DNA from: Mobula hypostoma
Taxonomy: Eukaryota
DNA: 64,000 nt
Assembly (NCBI RefSeq): GCF_963921235.1
Contig: NC_086108.1
Coordinates: forward strand, 109,184,001 to 109,248,000
Direction: 5' to 3'
Shown: positions 48,909 to 62,469 of the stretch, one piece after another
How positions within the stretch are numbered: position 1 is the first letter of the stretch
How the letters are laid out: every line of letters begins with the position of its first letter
Notes under the pieces: generated by a model
Seen by the model: the letters and a program-made list of their open reading frames with translations, nothing else
Database searches by the model: none
What the model was told of the DNA's origin: nothing
Translations under genes and position numbers: made by a program

Positions 48909-49364
48909 GGAAATTGAGCAGGGTCCTGAGAAACATTGCATAGATGCGAGCACATCTTCTGTTAACCCAACAGCTGGTATCAGAGTGGAACTGGCATCAG
49001 TAAAGAAGTCATTTGTTCACTGAGAAGACAAATGGAGACAAATGGGCATCAGAATAAGCAGGCGAGGGGAAGACAAGCACTGAGCAGCGATGTTTCATTG
49101 GAGCGGAGAAGTGCGTACAGCTGTGTCATTAACTTGCAATAAATCTTGACGGCGGGTGCTGATGTAATTGCTTTTTTTCTTTGCATTGTGAAGGTTTTTT
49201 GGTGTTGAACCCTTTGAGTGCTTCTGGCACTCTGTTGTGCCCAGGTGTGAGCTTTGTGCCGAGGTCATTCTTTTGTTCTGAGCTGAGGCTTCCCATCAAG
49301 GTAATTGTTTGACAGACACAGATTGCAATAACATCTCAGCGTGTTTCCATATGATCTGATGCTA

Positions 49365-49750
49365 AGACAATAAAACATAGCAAAAGAATTGGGCTATTTG
49401 AACCATCAAGTCTACACCACCATTCCATCATGGCTGATTTATTTTCCCTCTCAACCCCATTCTTCTGCCTTCTCCCCGTAGCCTTTGACAGCCTTACGAA
49501 TCAGGAACCTATCAACCTCCACTTTAAATATACTCAATGACTTGGCCTCCACAGGCGTCTGTGGCAATGAATTTCACAGACACCACCACCCTCTGGCTAA
49601 AGAAATTCCTCCTCTTCTCTGTTTAAAGAGACAGCCCTCTATTCTGAGGCTGTGCCCTCTGGTCCTAGACTCCCCCACTACAGGAAACTTCCTCTCTACA
49701 TCCACTCCATCTAGGCCTTTCAATATTCGACAGATTTCAATGAGATTTCC
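49365..49750 (-). mobile_element. CR1 3' fragment
   Basis: KFPVVGESRTRGHSLRIEG. Confidence 0.8.
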
Positions 49751-50542
49751 CCCTCCCCCCGACAATCTTCTTGTTAAACCTGTCACCCTTACTGGGGCAA
49801 AGGTCACCGACAACAGCTGGCTAGAGTCCTCAGTCCTGGGCCGAATGTTAATCAGCCTAGTGGCTTCTGTTTTCACCACACAAATTCATGTGTCTTCCAG
49901 GCAGAGGTTCTTCCTCTCCGATGGGTGAGATCTTTAGGGGTTCTGTTGGTGTTGCTGTAGCTCTGAGCTTTCATGGGATGGGTTGGCTAGCCCCATGCCC
50001 AACCTTCCTCCTTTTTCAACTGGGATTGGGACCTGGAATGGATGAAGGAAGATACTTATGGAATCAAGCAATCAGCTAGTGAGGTGAAATTGAATCAGGT
50101 ATATTCTCATAAAGTGGTGAAAAAGCTTCATGTTGACCTTATTTTGCCAATGTTTTAAATTCAACTTTGACCACTGGTCCCAGATTTATAACCAATGATT
50201 TTTAAACTTATTTTAAAATTTATTTTATTTAGAGTAGTAAGTCCTCCTGGCCCAACGAGCCTGTGCCATCTATGTGATATATCCATGTGACCAATTAACC
50301 TATTAACCCATATGTCTTTGGAATGTGGGAGGAAATCAGAGCACCTGGAAGAAACCCATGCAGTCACGGGGAGTTTGCCCAAACTTTTCTTGTACTGTAG
50401 TTTATATTCTCCAATCCAGGCAGCATCCTCTTCTGCACCAACTCCAAGCACCTCCTCTAATGGAGCGACAAAAATTGCAGGTAATACTCCAAGTAAGTCT
50501 TAACCAAACATTTATTCAGCTGCAGTATGACTTCCTGACTCT

Positions 50543-51200
50543 TATCATCATCATCATCATCATGTGCCATGTCATATGATGAGGGTGATCATGGTCTTTG
50601 ATCTGTCTTTAATCTGAGAAGTTCTAATAAACTCTTCAAAATGCTTGCCTGTCCATCCCTTGATGTACCTCATGAATGTCATGCACTGTCGACTACATCT
50701 TTTTCTTCCATCAATTTCTCCCGTCACTGCAAGATGTTCGAGTTTCTCATTCCTCAGTACATGTCCCAGAAATTCCAGCTGCCGTTTTCTGATTGATGAT
50801 ATCAGCTTTCTTCTTATTCCAGCTTTTCACAACACTACCTCATTTGTTACTCGGTACCAGCACAATATTTTCATCGTTCTCCTCAAAAACCACATTTCTG
50901 TAGCTATGAGCCTTCCCTCAATTTGCTTTGATGTTGTCAGACATTCACTTCCATATGTTAGTGTGGAATCAACGTAGCTCCACGACACTCTGAGCTTCGT
51001 ACCCGTCGAGATTATGTTCTTCTTTAGTTTTCTACTCAAACATTCGAACATGCTTTTAACAATCCCAACCCTTCTTCTAATTTCGACATCAATCAGCCCT
51101 ACCATCAGATGTTATCGTGCTCCCTAAGAAATCGAATTTCCATGTTTGTTTAAATGTTTCGTTGCCCACTTTCGGTTTGCATTCTGTATTTCTTTTGTCT
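50543..51200 (-). mobile_element. RTE-clade LINE 3' fragment
   Basis: EIRRRVG...STLTYGSEC...ATEMWFLRR..KI..VTNEVVL; (GAT)n tail. Confidence 0.85.
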
Positions 51201-51766
51201 TTGTGACAACCATACGTTTGGACTTCTTGTAGGTGATGGTCAATCCTCTGTTTGCCCTTTCTTTGACTCTTATACTAATAACCAAAGAAAGCAAGCATGC
51301 CACATGCCTTCTTTATCATCCTGTCTTCCTCTGCGTCTATTTTCAATGAGCTACGAACTTGCACCCAAGATTCCTCTGTACATCAATGCTGTTAAGGCTC
51401 CTGCCATTTATTGGATAACGTTTTGATTCCAAATATTAATTGAATTTATGTTCCACAGCTGCTGTGGTGGGATTTAACCGCAGAATTTAGAACAGTACAG
51501 CACAATAAATGCCATTCAGCACACAATGTTGTGCCAAACCTTTGAGCTACTCTAAGGTCAATCCCTGAAGAACAACCCACCCTTCCCTACCACATAGCCC
51601 TACATTTTTCCATCCTCCATGTGCCTATCTAAGAGTTTCTTAAATGCCCCTAATGTATCTGCCTCTATCATTGCCCTTGGCAGTGCATTCAACACACAGC
51701 TCTCCATGTAAAACAACTTACCTCTGAAATCCCCCCTCTAATCACCCTAAGATTGTGTGTGTGTGT

Positions 51767-52128
51767 GGCCTCCATCGGTTGTGGTCGACCATGGGAACTG
51801 ATCCTCTGGTAGTCACTGGTAAGCGAAACTGGAGTGGCCTTTCCAGGGCACAAGCCAGGGCAGAGTTGATATGGAGATCCGTCTGTTGCCCGCGCAGTGG
51901 GACCCCCCGCTCCATGCTGATGACAGGTCCAAAGGAACGACGAAAGTTGGTACGGTTTGGTGCCAGCTGCATCGCAGGAGTTGCCATGCCGATGCTGGGT
52001 ACAGCAGTCTGCCACCTTCGGGACTCCGACTCTGGATTTTTCCTCGGGGTTCACTCCCAAAGCCTTTCCCATGAGCGGGTATAGCCGCAAGGCAGCGGAG
52101 GTTTGAAATCAGAGTTTTCCCTCTCCTA
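51767..52128 (-). mobile_element. RTE-related non-autonomous repeat nested in a CR1 3' remnant
   Basis: Homologous to 8680-9020; accctaa on both sides. Confidence 0.55.
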
Positions 52129-52707
52129 CCCTAAAATTGTTCCCCTTCATATTAGCCATTTCTGCCCTGGGAAAAGGGTGTTGATTTCCCACTCTTTCCA
52201 TGCCTCTTATCATCTTGTAAATCTCTATCAAGTCTCTCCTCATCCTCCTTCTCTCCAAAGAGAAAAGTCATAGTTCAGACAACCTATCCGCACAAGACAT
52301 GACTTACAATACAGGCAGATTCCAGGTAAATCTCCTCTGCACCCTCTCTAAAGCTTTCACATCCTTGCTATAATGGGGTGACCAGAAATGAACTCAATAC
52401 TCCAAATGTGGTCTGAGCAGGGTTTATACAGCTGCATACTTAGCTCCCGAACTCAATCCCCCAACTAATGAAAGCCAACACAACATATACATTCTTAACA
52501 ACCCTATCAACTTGTGTGGCAACTTTGAAGGCTCTATGGACAAGGACTCCAAAATCCCTCTGTTTCTCCACACTGGGAAAAATCCTGCCGTCTGTATTCT
52601 ACTTTCAAACTCAACCTTCCAAAGTGAATCAATTTATACTTTCCTCAGTTGAACTCCAAATCTGACCTCTGGTCTCTGGATTACTGGTCGGCTAATCTAA
52701 CCACTTG

Positions 52708-53070
52708 GGCAGAAGAGTGGAGATACTTCTCTATCAAAGGAGGTGTGAGGTGCTCCTTCCCTCCGCTAAAATGCAGGTCTCCCTTGGGCAAGGTGTAGCA
52801 CCTACTTAGTCCCCCGTTCAGGATCATGTGAAGTCATGGGAGCAGGTGGTGGAAGGTCAAGTGAGCAGCTGGTGCATATCACAAGTCCTGGTTATGCATC
52901 CACTGACATCCGGCAGACAATCTCTGAAGGGTATTGATAATGGCTGGGGTCACCCGTCTTGTAAAGACACTGCCCAGAAGAAGGCAATGGCAAACCACTT
53001 TTGGAGAAAAATTTGCCAAGAACAAACATTGTCAAAGACCATCATAAAACACAGCTCATAATGATGATAT
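52708..53070 (+). mobile_element. Bov-A-like RTE-derived SINE
   Basis: Colinear with 22785-23130; gaaggcaatggcaaaccactt block. Confidence 0.7.
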
Positions 53071-53390
53071 GGATGAATTTACCTACTATGGCACCTTTGG
53101 CCCTTTGTAGTCTACATTATATCTATAGACTGAGGTAAGGAGAAATCAGGGCAACAATTGAGATGAGACTGGTACGCAGATTTTCTGTACAAATCAAGGT
53201 TGTCAGAAAGGCTGAGATCAAATGAAGGCTATTGTTAATAGGGCAAGATTGCCATTAATACCGCACTGCCTAATTTCAATCAATAAGGGTCTGATATCAG
53301 TAAATATACTCTGTACTCTATTGTCAGTAAAGGTTGCATTTATTTCTACAAAAAAATCTTGAAATTTTGCAACATGAGAGATCTTATTGT

Positions 53391-53712
53391 TGGCATGGTA
53401 GTGCAGTGGTTAGCATAATGCTTTACAAGTCAGCGACATGGGTTTATTTCCCACCGCTGCCTGCAAGGTGTCAGTATGTTCTCCCCATAACCATGTAGGT
53501 TTCTTACAGGTGCTCCGGTTTCCTGCCAAGATACAGAGACCTGCAGGTTAGCATTAGTAAGCTGTGGGCAAGCGATGTTGGTGCTGGAAACGTGGCAACC
53601 CTTGCCAGCTGCCTCCAGCACATCCTAGGACAGGATTGGCCTTGATGCAAACTGTACATTTCATTGTATGTTTTGATATTTTGACATATGTTTGACAAAT
53701 AAAAGCTAATCC
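53391..53712 (+). mobile_element. tRNA-derived SINE with Rex1-type tail
   Basis: tagtgcagtgg A box, degenerate B box, tail gacaaataaaagctaatc. Confidence 0.7.
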
Positions 53713-53929
53713 TACAAATCGTCTTCTGCTGAATGTATAGTCTGCAGAGTTGGAGAGGTGACGTCCAATGAATGAGAAAAAGCAAATACTGTTATATCCA
53801 TTTTAATATGTAATATAGAACAGTACAGCACAGGAAAAGAACTTTCAGGCAAAATGTTGAGCCAATCTAATTAAATTAGCAATCAAATGGCCACCTAAAC
53901 TAATAACTTTAGCCTACACAATGCCCATA

Positions 53930-54262
53930 TCCCCCTCTCTTCCTCTATTCCCCACTCTGACCTTTTACCTCCTCTCCTCCTTCCCTTGTCCGATTGTCCA
54001 CTCTCCTCTCCTATCAGATTCCTTTTTCTCCAGCCCTTGACCTTTCCCACCCACCTGACTTCACCCATCACCTTCCAGCTGGCCTCTTTCCCCTTCCCCC
54101 TCCTTTTTATTCTGGCATCTTTCCCCTTCCTTCTCAGTCCTGAAGAAGGCTCTCAGCTCAAAACGTCAACCATCAATCCACTTCCATAGATGCTGCCTGA
54201 ACTGTGGAGTTCCTCCAGCATGTTGCGTGTGTTGCTTTGGATTTCCAGCATCTGCTGACTTT
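53930..54262 (+). mobile_element. PLE pLTR remnant with decayed hammerhead
   Basis: Pyrimidine-rich tract, agtcctgaagaagg...aaaacgtcaac, atttccagcatctgc terminus. Confidence 0.75.
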
Positions 54263-54676
54263 TTTGTGGTTACAATGTCCATATCTTTCCGTTTTCCTCT
54301 CATTCTTGTGCCTGCTAAGAGCCTCTTGAACACTTCTATCATATCTGCGTCTACCAACACCCCTGGCAGTGCATTCCAAGACCCACCACTCTCTTTTGTA
54401 AAAAATTTGCAACATTTATCCTCTTTGAACTTATCCCCTCCCACCCTCTAGCCTTATATATTTTAACCCTGGGGAAAAGATATCAGCTCTCTACTCTACC
54501 TATGCCTCTCATAATCTTATAAACCTCTTGTCAGACTTCCCTCAACCTCCAACATTCCACCGAAAACAAACCCCTCCTAATAGCACACATTGTCTAATCT
54601 AGACAGCATCCTTGTAAACCTCTTCTGCACCCTCTCGAAAGTCTCAACATCCTTCCTATATTGGACCGACCAGAAC

Positions 54677-57484
54677 CATAGAACCATAGAACCATAGAAA
54701 CTACAGCACAGAAACAGGCCCTTTGGCCCTTCTTGACTGTGCCGAACCATTTTCTGTCTAGTCCCACTGACCTGCACACGGACCATATCCCTCCATACAC
54801 CTCCCATCCATGTATCTGTCCAATTTATTCTTAAATGTTAAAAAAGAACCCGCATTTACCGCCTCGTCTGGCAATTCATTCCATACTCCCACCACTCTCT
54901 GTGTGAAGAAGCCCCCCGTAATGTTCCCTTTAAACTTTTCCCCCCTCACCCTTAACCCATGTCCTCTGGTTTTTTTCTCCCCTTGCCTCAGTGGAAAAAG
55001 CCTGCTTGCATTCACTTTATCTATACCCATCATAATTTTATATACCTCTATCAAATCTCCCCTCATTCTTCTACGCTCCAGGGAATAAAGTCCTAACCTA
55101 TTCAACCTTTCTCTGTAACTCAGTTTCTCAAGTCCCGGCAACATCCTTGTAAACCATCTCTGCACTCTTTCAACCTTATTAATATCCTTCCTGTAATTTG
55201 GTGACCAAAACTGAACACAATACTCCAGATTCGGCCTCACCAATGCCTTATACAACCTCATCATAACATTCCAGCTCTTATACTCAATACTTCGATTAAT
55301 AAAGGCCAATGTACCAAAAGCTCTCTTTACGACCCTATCTACCTGTGACGACACTTTTAGGGAATTTTGTATCTGTATTCCCAGATCCCTCTGTTCCACT
55401 GCACTCCTCAGTGCCTTACCATTAACCCTGTATGTTCTACCTTGGTTTGTCCTTCCAACATGCAATACCTCACACTTGTCTGTATTAAACTCCATCTGCC
55501 ATTTTTCAGCCCATTTTTCCAGATGGTCCAAGTCCCTCTGCAGGCTCTGAAAACCTTCCTCACTGTCTACTACACCTCCAATCTTTGTATCATCAGCAAA
55601 CTTGCCGATCCAATTTACCATATTATCATCCAGATCATTGATATAGACGACAAATAACAATGGACCCAGCAGTGATCCCTGTGGCACACCAGAAGTCACA
55701 GGCCTCCACTCAGAGAAGCAATTCTCTACCACCACTCTCTGGCTTCTTCCATCGAGCCAATGTCTAATCCAATTTACCACCTCTCCATGTATACCTAGCG
55801 ACTGAATTTTCCTAACTAACCTCCCATGCGGGACCTTGTCAAAGGCCATGTAGTCCATGTAGACAATATCCACTGCCTTCCCTTCATCCACTTTCCTGGT
55901 AACCTCCTCGAAAAACTCCAACAGATTGGTCAAACATGACCTACCACGCACAAAGCCATGTTGACTCTCCCTAATAAGCTCCTGTCTATCCAAATGCTTG
56001 TAGATTCTGACTCTTAGTACTCCATCCAATAACTTACCTACTACTGACGTTAAACTCACCAGTCTATAATTTCCCAGATTACTTCTCGATCCTTTTTTAA
56101 ACAACGGAACAACATGAGCCACTCTCCAATCCTCCGTCACTTCACCCGTAGACAGCGACATTTTAAATATTTCTGCCAGGGCCCCCGCAATTTCAACACT
56201 AGTCTCCTTCAAGGTCCGAGGGAACACTCTGTCAGGTCCCAGGGATTTATCCACTTTAATTTTCCTCAAGACAGCAAGCACCTCCTCCTTTTCAATCTGT
56301 ACAGTTTCCATGGTCTCACTACTTGATTCCCTCAATTCCATAGATTTCATGCCAGCTTCCTTAGAGACATAGAAACATAGAAAATAGATGCAGGAGTAGG
56401 CCATTCGGCCCTTCGAACCTGCACCGCCATTTATTATGATCATGGCTGATCATCCAACTCAGAACCCTGCCCCAGCCTCCCCTCCATACCCCCTGATCCC
56501 CGTAGCCACAAGGACCATATCTAACTCCCTCTTAAATATAGCCAATGAACTGGCCTCAACTGTTTCCTGTGGCAGAGAATTCCACAGATTCACCACTCTC
56601 TGTGTGAAGAAGTTTTTCCTAATCTCGGTCCTAAAAGGCTTCCCTTTATCCTCAAACTGTGGCCCCTTGTTCTGGACTTCCCCAACATCGGGAACAATCT
56701 TCCTGCATCTAGCCTGTCCAATCCCTTTAGGATTTTATACGTTTCAATCAGATCCCCCCTCAATCTTCTAAATTCCAACGAGTACAAGCCCAGTTCATCC
56801 AGTCTTTCTTCATATGAAAGTCCTGCCATCCCAGGAATCAATCTGGTGAACCTTCTTTGTACTCCCTCTATGGCAAGGATGTCTTTCCTCAGATTAGGGG
56901 ACCAAAACTGCACACAATACTCCAGGTGTGGTCTCACCAAGGCCTTGTACAACTGCAGTAGTACCTCCCTGCTCCTGTACTTGAATCCTCTCGCTATAAA
57001 TGCCAGCATACCATTCACCTTTTTCACCACCTGCTGTACCTGCATGCCCACTTTCAATGACTGATGTATAATGACACCCAGGTCTCGTTGCACCTCCCCT
57101 TTTCCTAATCGGCCACCATTCAGATAATAATCTGTTTTCCTATTTTTGCCACCAAAGTGGATAACTTCACATTTATCCACATTAAATTGCATCTGCCATG
57201 AATTTGCCCACTCACCCAACCTATCCAGGTCACTCTGCATCCTCTTAGCATCCTCCTCACAGCTAACACTGCCACCCAGCTTCGTGTCATCCGCAAACTT
57301 GGAGATGCTGCATTTAATTCCCTCATCCAAGTCATTAATATATATTGTAAACAACTGGGGTCCCAGCACTGAGCCTTGCGGTACCCCACTAGTCACCGCC
57401 TGCCATTGTGAAAAGGTCCCGTTTATTCCCACTCTTTGCTTCCTTAGTAAATACAGATGCAAAAAACCTATTTAAGATAAAGTA
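54677..57484 (-). mobile_element. CR1 5'-truncated copy, (TATGGTTC)n tail, split by 56365-57437
   Basis: More than 500 open codons of RT; FASVFTKEA continues across the insertion; agaac repeats at 54672 and 57485. Confidence 0.9.
56365..57437 (-). mobile_element. Young CR1, sister of the full-length family
   Basis: Very similar to about 38890-39960; gcttccttag direct repeat at 56355-56364 and 57438-57447. Confidence 0.92.
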
Positions 57485-57999
57485 AGAACTGTATGCAATT
57501 CTCCAGATGCAGCCTAACTACAGTTTTATAAAACCGCAACATATCTTCCTGAATCTTGAACTCAGTGCCTTAACTAACAATGGGAAGCATGACATATGCC
57601 TTTTTAAATACCTTATCTACCTGTGTAGCTACTTTGGGTAATAGAAATTCACCTAATAATATTCACAATTCACTATTAACAAGTCAGGAATATGGAATAA
57701 AATATCACTCTTACAGAATATACATGCCAATTTCTTTTTTAAAGTTCCAAAGTTCAAAGAAAATTTATTATCAAATACATATATGTCACCATATACTACC
57801 ATGAGATTCATTTTCTTGTAAGCATTCACAGAGAATTTAAAAATGCAATACTGTAGATATAATGAAAAGCTACACACAAAGATTGGCAAGCAACCAATGT
57901 GCAAAAGAAGACAAACTGAGCAAATGCAAAAGAAACTAATAATAATTAGCAGAAACAATCCAACACATTACAGGATCCTGTAGCAGTTTAACACAATCT

Positions 58000-60900
58000 G
58001 ACCCAGAGGATGGGCAAGAGGTATATTCAGAGGGACAGAGGGAGAAAAAGGAGAGTGAGAGAAAGAATGTGTGCATAAAAATGAGTAACAGATGGGGTAC
58101 GAGGGGGAGGTGGGGCCTTAGAGGAAGTTAGAGAAGTCGATGTTCATGCCATCAGGTTGGAGGCTACCCAGACAGAATATAAGGTGTTGTTCCTCCAACC
58201 TGAGTGTGGCTTCATCTTTACAGTAGAGGAGGCCGTGGATAGACATGTCAGAATGGGGATGGGATGTGGAATTAAAATGTGTGGCCACTGGGAGATCCTG
58301 CTTTCTCTGGTGGACGGAGCGTAGATGTTCAGCAAAGCGGTCTCCCAGTCTGTGTCGGGTCTCGCCAATATATAAAAGGCCACATCGGGAGCACCGGACG
58401 CAGTATATCACCCCAGTCGACTCATAGGTGAAGTGATGCCTCACCTGGAAGGACTGTTTGGGGCCCTGAATGGTGGTAAGCGAGGAAGTGTAAGGGCATG
58501 TGTAGCACTTGTTCCGCTTACACAGATAAGTGCCAGGAGGGAGATCAGTGGGGAGGGATGGGGGGGACGAATAGACAAGGGAGTTGTGTAGGGAGTGATC
58601 CCTGTGGAATGCAGAGAGAGGCGGGGAGGGAAAGATGTGCTTAGTGGTGGGATCCCGTTGGAGGTGGCGGAAGTTACGGAGAATAATATGTTGGACCTGG
58701 AGGCTGGTGGGGTGGTAGGTGAGGACCAGGGGAACCTTATTCCTAGTGGGGTGGTGGGAGGATGGAGTGAGAGCAGATGTACGTGAAATGGGGGAGATGT
58801 GTTTAAGAGCAGAGTTGATAGTGGAGGAAGGGAAGCCCCTTTCTTTAAAAAAGGAAGACATCTCCCTCGTCCTAGAATGAAAAGCCTCATCCTGAGAGCA
58901 GATGCGGCGGAGACGGAGGAATTGCGAGAAGGGGATGGCGTTTTTGCAAGAGACAGGGTGAGAAGAGGAATAGTCCAGATAGCTGTGAGAGTCAGTAGGC
59001 TTATAGTAGACATCAGTGGATAAGCTGTCTCCAGAGACAGAGACAGAGACAGAAAGATCTAGAAAGGGGAGGGAGGTGTCGGAAATGGACCAGGTAAACT
59101 TGAGGGCAGGGTGAAAGTTGGAGGCAAAGTTAATAAAGTCAACGAGTTCTGCATGCGTGCAGGAAGCAGCGCCAATGCAGTCGTCGATGTAGCGAAGGAA
59201 AAGTGGGGGACAGATACCAGAATAGGCACAGAACATAGATTGTTCCACAAACCCAACAAAAAGGCGGGCATAGCTAGGACCCATATGGGTGCCCATAGCT
59301 ACACCTTTAGTTTGGAGGAAGTGGGAGGAGCCAAAGGAGAAATTATTAAGAGTAAGGACTAATTCCGCTGGACGGAGCAGAGTGGTGGTAGAGGGGAACT
59401 GATTAGGTCTGGAATCCAAAAAGAAGCGTAGAGCTTTGAGACCTTCCTGATGGGGGATGGAAGTATATAAGGACTGGACATCCATGGTGAAAATAAAGCG
59501 GTGGGGAACTTAAAATCATCGAAAAGTTTAAGAGCGTGAGAAGTGTCACGAACATAGGTCGGAAGGGATTGAACAAGGGGTGATAAAACAGTGTCGAGGT
59601 ATGCAGAAATGAGTTCGGTGGGGCAGGAGCAAGCTGAGACAATAGGTCGGCCAGGACAGGCAGGTTTGTGGATCTTAGGTAGGAGGTAGAAACGGGAAGT
59701 GCAGGGTGTGGGAACTATAAGGTTGGTAGCAGTGGATGGGAGATCGCCTGAGCGGATAAAGTCGTTGATGGTGTAGGAGACAATGGCCTGGTGCTCCTTA
59801 GTGGGGTCACGATCGAGGGGTAAATAAGAGGAGGTATCCGCGAGTTGTCGCTGTGCCTCGGCAAGGTAGAGGTCAGTACGCCAGACTACAACAGTACCCC
59901 CCTTATCGGCGGGATTAATAATAAGGTTAGGATTAGTGCGGAGGGAGTGGAGAGCAGAGCGTTCCAAAGGAGTGAGGTTGGAATGGGGACAAGGTGCGGT
60001 GAAGTCGAGACGGTTGATGTCCCGTCGGCAGTTAGCAATAAAGAGATCCAGAGCAGGCAGAAGACCAGAGCGGGGTGTCCATGAAGAAGAGGAGGGTTGA
60101 AGACGGGAGAAGGGGTCATCGGTGGGGGTGGAAGAGTCCTTGCCGAAGAAGTAGGCTCGGAGATGGAGACGGCGGAAGAAAAGTTCCGCATCGTGGCGAA
60201 CACGGAACTCGCTGAGGTGTGGGCGAAGGGGGACAAAGGTGAGGCCCTTACTGAGAACAGAGCGTTCTGCCTCCGACAGTTGAAGGTCGGAGGGGATGGT
60301 AAAGACCCGGCACGGATGAGAGCTGGGATCAGAGGGGGGAGGGGGGAGGCTGGGGGTGTCAGTGGAGAGGGGAGGGTAGGGGTGAGAGGAAGATGGAGCC
60401 TCTGAGGGCCCAGGAGTTGATGGTGGGATCTGAGGAAGACGAGGCTGTGGAGTGGTAATTCCACATCCCATTCCCATTCTGACATGTCTATCCACGGCCT
60501 CCTCTACTGTAAAGATGAAGCCACACTCAGGTTGGAGGAACAACACCTTATATTCCGTCTGGGTAGCCTCCAACCTGATGGCATGAACATCGACTTCTCT
60601 AACTTCCGCTAAGGCCCCACCTCCCCCTCGTACCCCATCTGTTACTCATTCTTATGCACACATTCTTTCTCTCACTCTCCTTTTTCTCCCTCTGTCCCTC
60701 TGAATATACCTCTTGCCCATCCTCTGGGTCATCCCCCCCCCCCTTGTCTTTCTTCCCAGACCTCCTGTCCCATGATCCTCTCGTATCCCTTTTGCCAATC
60801 ACCTGTCCAGCTCTCGGCTCTATCCCTCCCCCTCCTGTCTTCTCCTATCATTTTGGATCTCCCCCTCCCCCTCTAACTTTCAAATCCCTTACTCACTCTT

Positions 60901-61009
60901 CCTTCAGTTAGTCCTGACGAAGGGTCTCGGCCTGAAACGTCGACTGTACCTCTTCCTACAGATGCTGCTTGGCCTGCTGCGTTCACCAGCAACTTTGATG
61001 TATGTTACT
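58000..61009 (-). mobile_element. Neptune-clade PLE with inverted 5' pLTR; 3' terminus deleted
   Basis: FYLLPKIHK, GRPIVS, DVQSLYT, GVAMG, RYIDD and YIGET; one frameshift near 59500; inverted copy at 60457-61009. Confidence 0.93.
60909..60946 (+). ncRNA. Minimal type I hammerhead ribozyme
   Basis: Identical core to 22127-22164. Confidence 0.85.
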
Positions 61010-62469
61010 ATAAATATAAACTGGCCCAGTTTTAGAATCAGAGTATCCTAAATTATATTAAAATGCAGGATAAACAAGCAAGAACAACTTATTTAATAGA
61101 TATTGCCATTCCAAACACGCATAACATACAGAAATCTATCAGTGAAAAACACCAAAAATATGCTCAATTAAAAGAGGAAGTTGAAAGACAATGGAACAAA
61201 AACAGGATATGTATTGTCCCAATAGTAATATCTACAACTGGTATCCCAGAGGCAGTACACAATACCATTAAACAATTAGGGCTACACAACAATATCTATG
61301 TAAATCTCCAGAAAGCCACAATGCTAAACACCACTAGAATTATCTGAAAGTTCCTAGCAATTGAGAAATAAACTGGCTTGGCTATGCCCATGCTACAGGT
61401 TTCACCAACTTCCGCTGAGAAAAAAACTAACAATATTGCATAAATAAGTAAAATAAAACTTAGAACATAGGTTATAGAGTTTTTGAAAGTGAGGTCATAG
61501 GTTGTGGAATTAGTTCAGTGTTGAGGTGAGTAAAGTTATCCACACCGGTTCAGGAGCCTGATGGCTGTGGGGAAAAACTGTTCCTGAACCTGGTAGTATG
61601 GGACCTAAGGCTCCTGTACCTTTTTCCTGATGGCAGAAATGAGAAGGCAGCATGGCCTGGATGGTGGGGCTCTTGATGACGGATATTGATTTCCTGTGGC
61701 AAGGTGCTCCTTGTCAGTGTGCTCAGTGTTGGGAAGGGCTTTTCCTGTGACGGACTGGACAAAGTTTGTCAAAGTTTTAGATGGCACGCTAAATCTGTGC
61801 AAACTTCTAAGAAAGTAGAGGCACTGCCATGCCTTCTTTGTAATGACAATTACATACTGATCCCAGGACAGATCCTTGGATATGATAACGCCAAAGTAAC
61901 TGATCCTCTCCACCTCCAATCCCCTGATGAACACCCACATTCATTCATATATCAGCAGATGATTGACTAATTAATTAAGAGAAACAGTGCAGAATAGGTC
62001 CTTCCAGCACTTTGAGCTGAGCCTCTCACCTGCCTACCGATTTAACCTGAGCCTAATCACAGGGCAATGTACAATGTTTAATCAGCCTACTGACTGGTCC
62101 GTCTTTGGACTGTGGGAGGAAACCAGAGCACCTGGAGGAAGCCCACTCATTCCACGGGGAGGAGATACAGGACTCCTTACAAATGGCATCAGAATGAAAC
62201 TCCGAACTCTGACATTCTGAGCTGTAAGTGTCACCAAGTGTGCTGACAGACCACTGTACCCACGTGCGAGGAACGACAGACTCCCATGTAGAGACGGAAA
62301 CAAAAGTTTATTCATTGGAATTTCAAATGAACATCAGTGGCCTGGCCAAGCGACACCGTGCGATGAATCACACAAGATCTCCACGATAAGCACTAATCAC
62401 AGTACCCATGCCAGACAAAATAAACTAGACAAGGTTAAACAGAAACCATAAGGGCTTAATGACTTAATG

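Larger units (their letters stand above)
57951..61406 (+). mobile_element. R4/Dong-clade non-LTR 3' fragment (CCHC knuckle plus restriction-like endonuclease), split by a PLE
   Basis: ETIQHITGSCSSLTQS at 57952-58000; after the PLE, YKYK and DK..TYLIDIAIP..HN....EKHQKY..LKEE...W....IVPIVISTTG. Confidence 0.8.
57745..61940 (-). mobile_element. Rex1/Babar 3' fragment hosting Dong and PLE insertions
   Basis: Tail 57745-57950; body 61410-61940 (LPSGKRYRSLRSHTTRFRNSF). Confidence 0.75.

Noticed and set aside
54758..56443. 561 aa ORF as a novel protein
   Set aside because: Chance fusion of the nested CR1 3' UTR to a truncated CR1 RT
59359..60573. 404 aa ORF with unusual N-terminus
   Set aside because: The N-terminus is antisense read-through across the PLE inversion junction near 60456
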